Below are positions 1-12,324 of a stretch of DNA of 64,000 nucleotides, one piece after another. The first letter of the stretch is position 1. Every line of letters starts with the position of its first letter. Under the pieces are notes generated by a model. It was not told the origin of the DNA, ran no database searches, and saw nothing but the letters and a program-made list of their open reading frames with translations. This DNA comes from Ranitomeya imitator. Its lineage: Eukaryota. The stretch spans positions 705,746,001 to 705,810,000 of the forward strand of contig NC_091282.1 in the NCBI RefSeq assembly GCF_032444005.1, in the 5' to 3' direction. The position numbers were made by a program, and so were the translations under genes.

Positions 1-327
1 CTACCATCAATTACTCAAGAAGTTCAGCTTGTGACACAAAAACTCCTTTAAGAATACAATACGGCCCTATCATGTCAGCACCAAACAATACTCTAGAACC
101 TCATCCCAATGTTACAAAACCCGCTCTCAGAAAAATCAATGTCTTAGTAAAATTCTCAGGGGTGCATTGAGGAACAGGGTGTATTTTGCTATGCAAGCAG
201 CAACATGTGACTGTAGCTACATATAAAAAGGAGTCAAAAGAACAAAGGAGAGTAACACTATAAAACAATTTGTGGCAGAAGAACTTCTCTGCTCCTTATC
301 TTCTGACTTTTGGCTTAATATAAATAC

Positions 328-401
328 CTGTGATGACAGTTTCCTATAACCTGATGGATCTTGTCATCAGCAGGAGTCTTCATGGCCACAGCTTTAAAAT
401 C
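328..401 (-). CDS. TTC6: TTC6 coding exon (last in window), 74 nt
   Basis: ttttaacag|GAT...CACAG|gtattt. DFKAVAMKTPADDKIHQVIGNCHH(R). Phase 0 in, 2 out; the gene continues left of the window. Confidence 0.87.
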
Positions 402-2423
402 CTGTTAAAATAGAAAAATAGATGTTATTAGAGTAAGTGTCTAAAATGATTATTAAAATAGAGTTGCCATTTGTTTATAAAAGAGTATTTTTTTAGTCAC
501 TTTATTTCCTAATGTTTTTGTGATTGTGTGATTGTAATTGTGTATATTTATAACGTAACTTTTTATCATAACCTCATGGATCCGCTCTTCTCACTGATGC
601 TTGGTCCTTATGCACATGACGCATGAGCACAACAAAACATTGGAAAAACACATAATTTCGGGATATAACGAGATTAAAATATTCATCAAGAGCAGCACTG
701 GACTAAAATGAGCAAAATTCATTAAGAGGAGTATGCCTCATAAAGGTAATATATAACAAAAAAAAATACCTAATAAAGAAATGAGATTTTTCTCTTCAAT
801 TCATTTTTAAAAATCTGAGGTAATGTACTTTTTCCGTATCACAATTTGTATTAAAGAGAAAAAAAAAATTAGCAATTTAACCACTGGCCGCTGTGTTCTT
901 TTATTTCAAGGTAACGCCTTGTTGTTTCAGGAAACAATAAATTTACATAGCCACAATGGTCAGACTCTGACCCTGTCTTTTGCATTGAAGTGTCTAATGA
1001 GCATGTGCAAAGATCACTGTGAATGGAGAGGGAGCAGGGTTGGCTGAGTCGTGGCCTATTGTGACTGGTGGCTCCTGTATTATCAGCTGTGTCTAAAGGC
1101 ATTACCTGTCATTGTAATCCTGCCCTGGAGTGGTACCTGGTGTCTAACGGCGACCCAGCCTATCCTCACCATCAGAGACCCTAGTGAATACCCGGTAGAG
1201 ACTTAGTCAAGCCCCTCTAGGGTAAGCCCGGCCAGTGGCGCAGTGGTCCACACCCACCAGCGTTACAAAAGAAGTCTGCTGAAAATTCTTACTGACAAAA
1301 AAAGGAAGCATGAGTCTAAAAAAGCCCCAGTGGCCAGCGTAAAAATTGTAAGAATAGGATTTTCTTTTAATAAAGAGATGAAAGAAAAAAAAAACACAGA
1401 TTGCAAAAAAAGTTTCCAAAATACATTTAACACAAAAACGTGATTTAAACAATAGGTCATTTTCTGATGACAATTCTCTTTAATGAACTTTGCACATCTT
1501 TCAGCTGCTCATTCATTACAGTCAAAAATAATAAATTTATGCTATCATTTCTGGTGTGATTTATCGTTAATCTGCTTGACAGCGCACGACCATGCCCTCT
1601 TCTTCTAAGCTCTGTCACATTTCAAAGCCCCTTTTTTTGATGTATGGCCATTGTGAGCGCGCATTTACTTCCCCATTGATGCCATTGTACCTGTATTTTT
1701 CAAGGTTTTAATTGTTATTTAATAAAGTTTATCTATTTATGGGACGTTATAACTGCCATTTCATCGTTCTTTTCTGTTGGTATATAAAATTTGCAGTTGG
1801 CCCCGAATGGTCCTTGCATGCATGTATTCTAATGACACGTATTGTTAGTGTTGTGATAAAACTTGATTGGATTTTTTTACATGTAACATGCTTGCTACAA
1901 TTTGGTTATGTTCACATTTCAAAGAATTAGAGGAGGTGGTGTTACAGTGCCAAAACTTGCTAATTTTTTTCTGCTACTCCATTTTTGACATTTTTGTGTC
2001 AGTTTTCTGGAAAAAAAGGAGATTGATGAATCGACCCCTTAGTCTTCGATATTTCCTATTATTATTATACTATTATTACCAGTGTTTACTCTATAAACTC
2101 TATGAACTATATTTATCAGCATTTTACAGCTCACAGATATCTGCTGGTAATATGTATATATGAGTATACTAAGCTATAGACCTGTATTATCTCTGACTTT
2201 TATAGCTTATTATCGTATTCTATTTTGACTGTAAAAAATGTAGGTTGTCTGCGATTTTTGCATAAGTTGTCCAGACTAAAAAAGACTCTTGGCAAGTTGT
2301 AATGAGTAGATATGGATCAATGAACATATGATCCAAAAATTCCAATAAATGTCACTAAATTAGATGCAATAGGTACATCAATAAGTTTCTTGTGCGTTTC
2401 ATGAATGACGTATGATTTGATAC

Positions 2424-2543
2424 CTCTAGTGCATTGGCATAGTCATGTAGTTCAAGGTACAGCAATCCACGATTCACAAGAACCTTCACATCTACTTCCT
2501 TCCACCCTCCAAGGAGAAGAACGATACTGTAATCCTTCAGTGC
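2424..2543 (-). CDS. TTC6: TTC6 coding exon, 120 nt
   Basis: tttgcag|GCA...GAG|gtatca. ALKDYSIVLLLGGWKEVDVKVLVNRGLLYLELHDYANALE. Phase 0/0. Confidence 0.9.
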
Positions 2544-3830
2544 CTGCAAAGTTATAAAGCAAAGATGAAACAGCCACCACAATATTTCACAGCATACTGT
2601 ACCAACATCATAAAGTAAGCTCTTTTTGGCTGAGTACATTGTTTTTATCGATTTAAAGTTCAATGGTGTCTGTTAAATGTTAAATTGGTACCCCCAGAGA
2701 AAACGTCGTCCTATCCTGTGTAGTGCAGCGGGGTTCAAAGAAACTGTCTTTAATGTCAAAAAGAACTCCCAAATGGAAAACATATGGTATCGCAGCTGGG
2801 GTGACAAAACCGTCCGTATCTGAGACCGTTTGCCTTCGGGGACTACACCGCCATGTCACGCTGAGGGGTGCCAAGTGTTTTTGCTTCCCTTGGCTCCATG
2901 TTACTTCACACAATGTTGCAGAGCCACCTGCTCTGCAGTTTGCAAACCAAGACTGACACACCCAACCCTTTGTTGCGGCTGGAGGGAGGCAACCGCCCCA
3001 CTACAATCCTGAAGTTCGCTGCAAAAATAAAAGCCCTTAATGGGTTTTCCTGAATATTGCCCTGGCCAAATAGCTTGACCAGGTCCACGCTTACTTTTAT
3101 TTTGCACTGCAACCACAGCTATGCCTGTGACTGCAATAGACTCCAGTGGCCACAATATGCTTTTTGCGCATCCTGGGGGATACATATCAACCCTCATACT
3201 GTATATGATCCCCTTCACACCTGTAATAGTAATATACATATTGTTAAATAAATAATTAAGATAAATCCTTATCCACTCTGTTCTGGTCTTTTTGTTTGTC
3301 CCACATGACCTGCACTCTGACTCCTAGAATCCTGTAGTGTCTTCATTATGCTGCAGAATTTAGATTTGAAATGCATCCTTATGAGCATCAAATCGAGGTT
3401 TTGGTATCCTTTATACTTTATATTGTGGGTCATATTTTACAAAAAAAGGCTGCAATAGAGAGGAAAATTCACTAATGAAGTGATTGGTAAGAAAACAAAT
3501 TGCGCTGCTTGCAATCTCAATATAAGGGCTCATTCAGACTTCAGTTTTTCCTCATACGAGTGACATCTGTTTGCAGGCCACCGCAGTGAATCATGCACTA
3601 AGATGACTTGATAATCTAAAGCTACTGTATATTATGTGAAGGTTTATATCACCTTCTCCTGCTTGCATTGGATCTCCCACATCAGTATTAACATCTGTTT
3701 TCTATTCCTGTAGCCTCTGCTCAAACATCTATTTTACCATGTATACCAAGTCCGTGAGGCTGCTGCTTTCTATCAATAAACACACGTGCCTTGCTTAACG
3801 GTTATCTAATCCAGGCTCTCATCATCCTAC

Positions 3831-3944
3831 CTCTTCATACATCTTGATCTGATGAAAGCAAACTCCTCTGTTGTAATACACAATAGAGCAAAATGGATCC
3901 AACTCTGCTGCTTTTGTCAAGTCTTGAATTGCGAATATATATGC
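3831..3944 (-). CDS. TTC6: TTC6 coding exon, 114 nt (follows a 16.9-kb intron)
   Basis: ccattccag|GCA...GAG|gtagga. AYIFAIQDLTKAAELDPFCSIVYYNRGVCFHQIKMYEE. Phase 0/0. Confidence 0.9.
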
Positions 3945-4073
3945 CTGGAATGGAAAAAATATTGATTATATCTTGTGTAATGACGTCCTCTCCACAACAA
4001 AACCCTCATGTGACGTGCTTGTAAATTCTTCCTTTCTTTTATGAAGGATTCAATTTTTTCTAAAGAAATATAC

Positions 4074-4150
4074 AGGTGTATCTCACAAAATTAGAATATC
4101 ATCAAAAAGTTAATTTATTTCAGTTTTTCAATACAAAAGTGAAACTCATC
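4074..4150. mobile_element. Short Tc1/mariner terminal inverted repeat fragment
   Basis: TA|CAGGTGTATCTCACAAAATTAGAATATCATCAAAAAG resembles amphibian/fish Tc1 ends. It is truncated by an unclassified repeat at about 4150-4500. Confidence 0.45.
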
Positions 4151-4500
4151 GGAGTGCACGATCAGAAGGCTAAAGAATACATTTCAAAAACCTGACCGGC
4201 ACATCCAAACATAGACTAAGTGTGAACAGGTGCTGAACCTAGAGTCGCCAACTCGTATATAGTTAAGTAAATAAGGCAGCACACTGCAGCGCTGAAATAT
4301 GCAAACTTGAAACACGAAATTTGAACTGCATTACTGCACTAGAAATATGAAAAATGAGAGCGTTTAGCGCATAAAAATGGCCAATTTTATGTGTACCTGG
4401 TAGCCCCTTTACGGCATCTCTCTTATACCAGGTCCTACACTTGCCTTACCTCGCTGAGAATAAACGTCTCCATCTGAATGGGTACATGCGAAACCTCTTC

Positions 4501-6200
4501 CTAGACTAAAATTCTCTCTCTCTGTGGTGGCTTTATTTCGCCCCATCCTACGACGTATCTTGTCTCTTCTTTATCCATGGCGCACTTCTTTGGATTTATG
4601 GTAAACTCTGCCTTCCTCAGTGTATCAAGGACCGCCTGGACCTTCTGCAGGTGACTTCCCAAATCCAGGCTGAAGAGCACTGTGTCATCCAGAAAAGCTG
4701 CGGCATACTTTTTCTGAGAGGCTAGGATCCAGTCCATGGCTGTCTAGAAGGTAGATGGGGCTCTCTGCAGACCGATTCTGTCAGGATTTCATGCTCTACA
4801 ACCTGCACCCGTAAGCAGGACCCAATGCTGCTGAAGCAGCTCTCAGCACTGTTGTTTCTATGTCAGTGACAGTGTCTCTGCCACAGTGACATTCTCTACC
4901 CTGGCGTCAGGATTGGCTTCCAGTCATGTAGCTTCCATCGATTCCCTGTCTCGCCATAGTTTGAACAGGTAAATCTAGTCCACTTGGTACGGCTTTCTTC
5001 TCCCTCCCTGGTGGACCTTGAAGTTTACGTACTTTACATCACTTTAACTTTTCGACCACCTCGAATGGCGCTTGCCACATGGCCAAGAACTTATTTTCTA
5101 CCGTGGGGATCAATACTAGCACCCGGTTTCCAGGGCTAAACTGTCTCAGTTTTGGCAACCGGTTGAAGACCCTTGCCTAGGCCTCTTGTGCTTGAAGGAG
5201 GCTCTCCCTCACAATCGGCATCAGCCTCTCAATCCTGTCCTGCACCAGGAACACATGTTCGATAATGCTTTGGTGGAGTGTTACCTCTACTTCCCAGGTC
5301 TCCTTTTCAATGTCCAAAAGTCACCGAGGGTGCCATCCGTATAGCAGTTTGAACGATGAGAACCTCGAATAGGTCTGTGGGACTCCTCTAATGGAGAACA
5401 GTAGGTACGGTAGTAGGCAATCTCAGTCTCGCCTTTCCTCCTCAACCTTCTTCAGCATAGATTTCAAGGTCTTCTTGAACCACTCCACCAGGTCTTCCAT
5501 CTGCCTATGGTACATTGACATTTACAGTTGAGTAATCTGAAGAGCCTTACACAACTCTCTCATCACTTTGGACATAAAAGGAGTCCCTTGGTCCGCCAGG
5601 ATCTCTTTTCATTAGCCCTGTCCGGGAGAAGACATGGACTAGCTCTCGAGCTATACTCCTGGTGGAGGAGTTTTTTAGTGGTACCGTCTCTGGGTACCGT
5701 GTTGCATAGTCCATCACCATCAGGATATATTGGTGACACCTGGCAGACTTAACTAAGTGCTCGACAAGGTCCATGACAATCCGGTCAAATGGGACCTCTA
5801 TAATGGGCAACAGCACTGGGGGACTGCAGAACTGGGATACAGGAGCAGTTAGCTCACTATTTTAGGTAAGGCAGGATCGGCAGAAATTAACAATGACTCG
5901 GCGACACCCAGGCCATTAAAACTTCTGAAGAATCCACTCTTGAGTTTTGTATACTGCCAGATCCCTACCCAAGACATGTGAATGGGCCAGATCTAACACT
6001 CTATGCCTACAACTGCTCTATCGATTCCCCTCTTGGTTTAGTGACCCGATAAAGCAGCTCTTCATTTAAAGTGAAATATGGAAACCTGGTATTGGCCCCC
6101 AGCTTTTGAACAACCCCATTTATTACAGTCACATTATCAAATGCACTTTTTAACTCAAGATCCTGCATCTGGCCTTACAGGATGCCCGGGAATATGCCAA
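4501..6200 (-). mobile_element. Decayed Gmr1-like Ty3/gypsy fragment (integrase then RT)
   Basis: Minus-strand peptides: integrase core LPIIEVPFDRIVMDLV..ATRYPETVPL (5547-5816) lies upstream of RT AAAFLDDTVLFS..FTINPKKC (4501-4737). IN-before-RT order is diagnostic of Gmr1. Many stops and frameshifts; ends approximate. Confidence 0.8.
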
Positions 6201-6695
6201 ATTAAAAACAGATATTGGCACACTCACTATGTCTGTCAGAGCCCAAAGCATTCATCCCCTGGCGGATTATGGCGACAAACCACCTCGCTCTCAGATGTTT
6301 GACTTACTATATCTGGTTCAAAAATGGTTGCAGCCAGAGGCCTCCACTCCAGCCCAGATGGTCAAGCAGGTGGTTATGGACAGATTTATTCACTCCCTCC
6401 CAAGGCCAGTGCAGACCTGGGTTGCCCAGGGAGACCCCCGTAATGCTGATGACCTGGTCGGCCTAGTAGAAGAGTACCAGGTGGTCGAGAGGTCCCTAAG
6501 GAAGCCGGAGGTGGTGCATCTCTATACTGGGGTACTCAGCAGAAGCCAGAGTATCAAAAGAGGGGTAGTAGAGCCACCACTTGGGGAATTCCTAAATACC
6601 AAGGGGTCGCAGAGGGGTTGCTAAAGACTACCCAGTTGCCAGAGTGTCTATAAAAACAAAGTGTGGGGCCGAGACCCATGAGGTTGGGATCGGTA

Positions 6696-7240
6696 TTAAT
6701 AATAATAATAATTTTATTTCAATAGTGCCAACATATTGTGCAGCATTTTACATTTCAGAGGGGACTTGTACAGACATTACAGCATAACAATCACATAAAC
6801 AACAGATACCAAGAGAAATGAGGGCCCTGCTCGCAAGCTTACAATCTATGAGGATATAGGGGAGATACAAAAGGTGGATGGTAACAATTGCTTGTATTGT
6901 ACGGACCAGCCATAATGTAAGAAATTGGGTGTTCATGTAAAGCATCATAAACCGGTTATAGGCCAGAATATGTAAAAGTAAAGACATAGAGGGCTATTAA
7001 ATGCATAAAGCATGTGAGAACATGATATGATGAACCTCGTTATGGTGAAAATTTTAAATGGGCAAAACAGGGATAGTTAAATAAATGTGTTGAGGCGGTA
7101 GGCCAGTCTGAAGATATGCATTTTTAGGGCACACTTAAAGCTGTGAGTATTGGTGATTAATTGAATTATCCTGGGTAGTACATTCCAAAGAACTGACACA
7201 GCACGTGAGAAGTCTTGCAGACAGGAGAGAGTGGTTAAAG
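6696..7240 (-). mobile_element. 5'-truncated L2/CR1-type LINE 3' end
   Basis: Minus peptide LQDFSRAVSVLWNVLPRIIQLITNTHSFKCALKMHIFRLAY (typical L2 RT C-terminus), then 3' UTR and an (ATT)n tail at 6698-6712. Confidence 0.75.
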
Positions 7241-7312
7241 ACTTGCTACACCTGGTGATAATAGGGCGGGACTTTAGCCTGTTCTGGGACTTATGGTGGA
7301 TGGAGGGGATAC

Positions 7313-8125
7313 TGTTATGATAAGGTAATTCAGTACCACAATGGACATAGAGGTCAGAGCACATACAGTAACCTGACAATAACCCAAAAACATAGAACGA
7401 GCTCTGAGACGTGGGAACTTTGCTGACCGCAATCCCTAATCCTCTCCAACCACACTAGAGGCAGCCGTGGATTGCGCCTAACGCTCCCTATGCAACTCGG
7501 CACAGCCTGAGAAACTAGCTAGCCTGAAGATAGAAAATAAGCCTACCTTGCCTCAGAGAAATACCCCAAAGGAAAAGGCAGCCCCCACATATAATGACTG
7601 TGAGTTAAGATGAAAAGACAAACGTAGAGATGAAATAGATTTAGCAAAGTGAGGCCCGACTTTCTGAACAGAGCGAGGATAGGAAAGGTAACTTTGCGGT
7701 CAACACAAAACCCTACAAAAACCACGCAAAGGGGGCAAAAAGACCCTCCGTACCGAACTAACGGCACGGAAGTACACCCTCTGCGTCCCAGAGCTTCCAG
7801 CAAGCAAGAAAAAACAAATAGACAAGCTGGACAGAAAAAAACAGCAAACAAAATAGCAAAGCAAAACTTAGCTATGCAGAGCAGCAGGCCACAGGAACGA
7901 TCCAGGAGGAAACAGGTCCAATACTAGAACATTGACTGGAGGCCAGGATCAAAGCACTAGGTGGAGTTAAATAGAGCAGCACCTAACGACTTCACCACAT
8001 CACCTGAGGAAGGAAACTCAGAAGCCGCAGTACCACTTTCCTCCACCAACGGAAGCTCACAGAGAGAATCAGCCGAAGTACCACTTGTGACCACAGGAGG
8101 GAGCTCTGCCACAGAATTCACAACA
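7313..8125 (-). repeat. 3' LTR of chromovirus (813 bp)
   Basis: Direct repeat of 12325-13137, preceded on the minus strand by the PPT. Confidence 0.95.
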
Positions 8126-11100
8126 GTACCTCCCCTTGAGGAGGGGTCACCGAACCCTCACCAGAGCCCCCAGGACGACCAGGATGAGCCATATGAAAGG
8201 CACGAACAAGATCGGGAGCATGGACATCAGAGGCAAAGACCCAGGAATTATCTTCCTGAGCATAACCCTTCCACTTAACCAGATACTGGAGTTTCCGTCT
8301 TGAAACACGAGAATCCAAAATCTTCTCCACAATATACTCCAACTCCCCCTCAACCAAAACCGGGGCAGGAGGATCAACAGATGGAACCATAGGTGCCACG
8401 TATCTCCGCAACAATGACCTATGGAATACGTTATGTATGGAAAAAGAATCTGGAAGGGTCAGACGAAAAGACACAGGATTAAGAACCTCAGAAATCCTAT
8501 ACGGACCAATGAAACGAGGTTTAAACTTAGGAGAGGAAACCTTCATAGGAATATGACGAGAAGATAACCAAACCAAATCCCCAACACGAAGTCGGGGACC
8601 CACACAGCGTCTGCGATTAGCAAAACGTTGAGCCTTCTCCTGGGACAAGGTCAAATTGTCCACTACATGAGTCCAAATCTGCTGCAACCTGTCCACCACA
8701 GTATCCACACCAGGACAGTCCGAAGACTCAACCTGCCCTGAAGAGAAACGAGGATGGAACCCAGAGTTGCAGAAAAACGGCGAAACCAAGGTAGCCAAGC
8801 TGGCCCGATTATTAAGGGCGAACTCAGCCAAAGGCAAAAAGGACACCCAGTCATCCTGATCAGCAGAAACAAAGCATCTCAGATATGTTTCCAAGGTCTG
8901 ATTGGTTCGTTCGGTCTGGCCATTAGTCTGAGGATGGAAAGCCGAGGAAAAAGACAAGTCAATGCCCATCCTACCACAAAAGGCTCGCCAAAACCTCGAA
9001 ACAAACTGGGAACCTCTGTCAGAAACGATATTCTCTGGAATGCCATGTAAACGAACCACATGCTGGAAGAACAATGGCACCAAATCAGAGGAGGAAGGTA
9101 ATTTAGACAAGGGTACCAAATGGACCATCTTAGAGAAGCGATCACAGACCACCCAAATGACTGACATCTTTTGAGAGACGGGAAGATCTGAAATAAAATC
9201 CATAGAGATATGTGTCCAAGGCCTCTTCGGGACCGGTAAGGGCAAAAGCAACCCACTGGCACGAGAACTGCAGGGCTTAGCCCGAGCACAAATCCCACAG
9301 GACTGCACAAAAGAACGCACATCCCGCGACAGAGATGGCCACCACAAGGATCTAGCCACTAACTCTCTGGTACCAAAGATTCCAGGATGACCAGCCAACA
9401 CCGAACAATGAACCTCAGAGATAACTTTATTCGTCCACCTATCAGGGACAAACAGTTTCTCCGCTGGGCAACGATCAGGTTTATTAGCCTGAAATTTTTG
9501 CAGCACCCGCCGCAAATCAGGGGAGATGGCAGACACAATTACTCCCTCTTTGAGGATACCCGCCGGCTCAGATAAACCCGGAGAGTCGGGCACAAAACTC
9601 CTAGACAGAGCATCCGCCTTCACATTTTTAGAGCCCGGAAGGTACGAAATCACAAAAAAGTCAAAACGGGCAAAAAACAGCGACCAACGAGCCTGTCTAG
9701 GATTCAACCGCTTGGCAGACTCGAGATAAGTCAAGTTCTTATGATCAGTCAGGACCACCACGCGATGCCTAGCTCCTTCAAGCCAATGACGCCACTCCTC
9801 GAATGCCCACTTAATGGCCAGCAACTCTCGATTGCCCACATCATAATTTCGCTCAGCAGGCGAAAACTTCCTGGAAAAGAAGGCGCATGGTTTCATCACC
9901 GAGCAATCAGAACTTCTCTGCGACAAAACAGCCCCTGCTCCAATCTCAGAAGCATCAACCTCGACCTGGAACGGAAGCGAAACATCTGGCTGACACAACA
10001 CAGGGGCAGAAGAAAAACGACGCTTCAACTCTTGAAAAGCTTCCACAGCAGCAGAAGACCAATTGACCACATCAGCACCCTTCTTGGTCAAATCGGTCAA
10101 TGGTTTAGCAATACTAGAAAAATTGCAGATGAAGCGACGATAAAAATTAGCAAAGCCCAGGAACTTTTGCAGACTTTTCAGAGATGTAGGCTGAGTCCAA
10201 TCATGGATGGCTTGGACCTTAACAGGGTCCATCTCGATAGTAGAAGGGGAAAAGATGAACCCCAAAAATGAAACCTTCTGAACACCAAAGAGACACTTTG
10301 ATCCCTTTACAAACAAAGAATTAGCACGCAGGACCTGAAACACCGTTCTGACCTGCTTCACATGAGACTCCCAATCATCCGAGAAGATCAAAATGTCATC
10401 CAAGTACACAATCAGGAATTTATCCAGGTACTCTCGGAAGATGTCATGCATAAAGGACTGAAACACTGATGGAGCATTGGCAAGTCCGAATGGCATTACT
10501 AGATACTCAAAATGGCCCTCGGGTGTATTAAATGCAGTTTTCCATTCATCGCCTCGCTTAATACGCACAAGATTATACGCACCACGAAGATCTATCTTGG
10601 TGAACCAACTAGCCCCCTTATTCCGAGCAAACAAATCAGATAACAACGGCAAGGGGTACTGAAATTTAACCGTGATCTTATTTAGAAGGCGGTAATCTAT
10701 ACAAGGTCTCAGCGAACCATCCTTCTTGGCTACAAAAAAGAACCCTGCTCCTAATGGCGACGATGACGGGCGAATATGCCCCTTCTCCAAGGACTCCTTC
10801 ACATAACTCCGCATAGCGGCGTGCTCAGGCACAGATAAATTAAACAGTCGACCTTTTGGGAATTTACTACCAGGAATCAAATCGATAGCACAATCACAAT
10901 CCCTATGCGGAGGTAGGGTATCGGACTTGGGCTCATCAAATACATCCCGGTAATCAGACAAGAACTCTGGAACCTCAGAAGGGGTGGATGACGAAATAGT
11001 CAGAAATGGGACATCACCATGTACCCCCTCACAACCCCAGCTGGACACAGACATGGATTTCCAATCTAATACTGGATTATGGACTTGTAGCCATGGCAAC

Positions 11101-12302
11101 CCCAACATGACCACATCATGCAGATTATGCAACACCAGAAAGCGAATAACCTCCTGATGTGCAGGAGCCATGCACATGGTCAGCTGGGTCCAGTACTGAG
11201 GCTTATTCTTGGCCAAAGGCGTAGCATCAATTCCTTTCAATGGAATAGGACACTGCAAGGGCTCCAAGAAAAACCCACAACGCCTAGCATACTCCAAGTC
11301 CGTCAAATTCAGGGCAGCGCCTGAATCCACAAATGCCATGACAGAATATGATGACAAAGAGCAGATCAAGGTAACGGACAGAAGAAATTTTGACTGTACC
11401 GTACCAATGGTGGCAGACCTAGCGAACCGCTTAGTGCGCTTAGGACAATCAGAGATAGCATGAGTGGAATCACCACAGTAGAAACACAGCCCATTCAGAC
11501 GTCTGTGTTCTTGCCATTCAACTCTGGTCAAAGTCCTATCGCACTGCATAGGCTCAGGTTTATGCTCAGGTAATACCGCCAAATGGTGCACAGATTTACG
11601 CTCACGCAAGCGTCGACCGATCTGAATGGCCAAAGACATAGACTCTTTCAGACCGGCAGGCATAGGAAATCCCACCATGACATCCTTAAGGGCTTCAGAG
11701 AGACCCTTTCTGAAAATAGCTGCGAGCGCACCTTCATTCCATTGAGTGAGTACGGACCACTTTCTAAATTTCTGACAATATACCTCTATCTCATCCTGAC
11801 CCTGACACAGAGCCAGCAAATTTTTCTCTGCCTGATCCACTGAATTAGGTTCATCGTACAGCAATCCGAGTGCCAGGAAAAACGCATCGATATTACTTAA
11901 TGCAGGATCTCCTGACGCAAGAGAAAATGCCCAGTCCTGAGGGTCGCCACGTAAAAAAGAAATAATGATCCTAACTTGTTGAACTGGGTCACCAGAGGAG
12001 CGAGGTTTCAAAGCCAGAAATAGTTTACAATTATTTTTGAAACGCAGAAATTTAGTTCTATCTCCAAAAAACAAATCAGGAATAGGAATTCTCGGTTGTA
12101 ACATAGAATTCTGAACCACAAAGTCTTGAATATTTTGTACTCTTGCCGTGAGCTGATCCACACATGAAGACAGACCATTAATGTCCATCGCTACACCTGT
12201 GTCCTGAACCACCCAAATGTCTAGGGGAAAAAAAAGGCAAACCACAGTGCAGAGAAAAAAAAATGGTCTCAGAACTTCTTTTTTCCCTCTATTGAGAATC
12301 AT
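8118..12302 (-). CDS. Uninterrupted gag-pol polyprotein (Gag-CCHC, protease, RT, RNase H, integrase, chromodomain)
   Basis: CFYCGDSTHAISDC; FVDSGA; IVYLDD; VEVDASEIG; HCSVLAGHPG..CGIC; ISMDF..VSDRGSQF..GQTE; GPY; EYIVEKILDSR..YLVKWKGY..NSW. An alternative start Met lies at 12188. Confidence 0.95.
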   Translation of the reverse strand: MILNRGKKEVLRPFFFLCTVVCLFFPLDIWVVQDTGVAMDINGLSSCVDQLTARVQNIQDFVVQNSMLQPRIPIPDLFFGDRTKFLRFKNNCKLFLALKPRSSGDPVQQVRIIISFLRGDPQDWAFSLASGDPALSNIDAFFLALGLLYDEPNSVDQAEKNLLALCQGQDEIEVYCQKFRKWSVLTQWNEGALAAIFRKGLSEALKDVMVGFPMPAGLKESMSLAIQIGRRLRERKSVHHLAVLPEHKPEPMQCDRTLTRVEWQEHRRLNGLCFYCGDSTHAISDCPKRTKRFARSATIGTVQSKFLLSVTLICSLSSYSVMAFVDSGAALNLTDLEYARRCGFFLEPLQCPIPLKGIDATPLAKNKPQYWTQLTMCMAPAHQEVIRFLVLHNLHDVVMLGLPWLQVHNPVLDWKSMSVSSWGCEGVHGDVPFLTISSSTPSEVPEFLSDYRDVFDEPKSDTLPPHRDCDCAIDLIPGSKFPKGRLFNLSVPEHAAMRSYVKESLEKGHIRPSSSPLGAGFFFVAKKDGSLRPCIDYRLLNKITVKFQYPLPLLSDLFARNKGASWFTKIDLRGAYNLVRIKRGDEWKTAFNTPEGHFEYLVMPFGLANAPSVFQSFMHDIFREYLDKFLIVYLDDILIFSDDWESHVKQVRTVFQVLRANSLFVKGSKCLFGVQKVSFLGFIFSPSTIEMDPVKVQAIHDWTQPTSLKSLQKFLGFANFYRRFICNFSSIAKPLTDLTKKGADVVNWSSAAVEAFQELKRRFSSAPVLCQPDVSLPFQVEVDASEIGAGAVLSQRSSDCSVMKPCAFFSRKFSPAERNYDVGNRELLAIKWAFEEWRHWLEGARHRVVVLTDHKNLTYLESAKRLNPRQARWSLFFARFDFFVISYLPGSKNVKADALSRSFVPDSPGLSEPAGILKEGVIVSAISPDLRRVLQKFQANKPDRCPAEKLFVPDRWTNKVISEVHCSVLAGHPGIFGTRELVARSLWWPSLSRDVRSFVQSCGICARAKPCSSRASGLLLPLPVPKRPWTHISMDFISDLPVSQKMSVIWVVCDRFSKMVHLVPLSKLPSSSDLVPLFFQHVVRLHGIPENIVSDRGSQFVSRFWRAFCGRMGIDLSFSSAFHPQTNGQTERTNQTLETYLRCFVSADQDDWVSFLPLAEFALNNRASLATLVSPFFCNSGFHPRFSSGQVESSDCPGVDTVVDRLQQIWTHVVDNLTLSQEKAQRFANRRRCVGPRLRVGDLVWLSSRHIPMKVSSPKFKPRFIGPYRISEVLNPVSFRLTLPDSFSIHNVFHRSLLRRYVAPMVPSVDPPAPVLVEGELEYIVEKILDSRVSRRKLQYLVKWKGYAQEDNSWVFASDVHAPDLVRAFHMAHPGRPGGSGEGSVTPPQGEVLL
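8129..8137 (-). promoter_or_regulatory. Polypurine tract AAGGGGAGG
   Basis: Minus strand, 3 nt upstream of the 3' LTR start TGTTGTG. Confidence 0.85.
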
Positions 12303-12312
12303 TAGTACTTTG

Positions 12313-12322
12313 GGCCTCCAGT
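12313..12322 (-). promoter_or_regulatory. Self-priming primer-binding site ACTGGAGGCC
   Basis: Lies 2 nt inside the 5' LTR boundary and is the exact complement of GGCCTCCAGT (minus strand, 12956-12947) just downstream of the LTR TATA box. Confidence 0.85.
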
Positions 12323-12324
12323 AC

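Noticed and set aside
1-250. Faint resemblance to Penelope ORF sequence
   Set aside because: Too degenerate and cut by the window edge to support a call.
2680-3251. Cluster of overlapping 60-112-aa ORFs
   Set aside because: No recognisable motif in any frame; probably an old unclassified repeat.
12312-12320. tRNA-Thr primer-binding site (TGGAGGCCC)
   Set aside because: From memory only about 9 nt match a tRNA 3' end. The 10-nt match to the LTR just downstream of the TATA box explains the site better.
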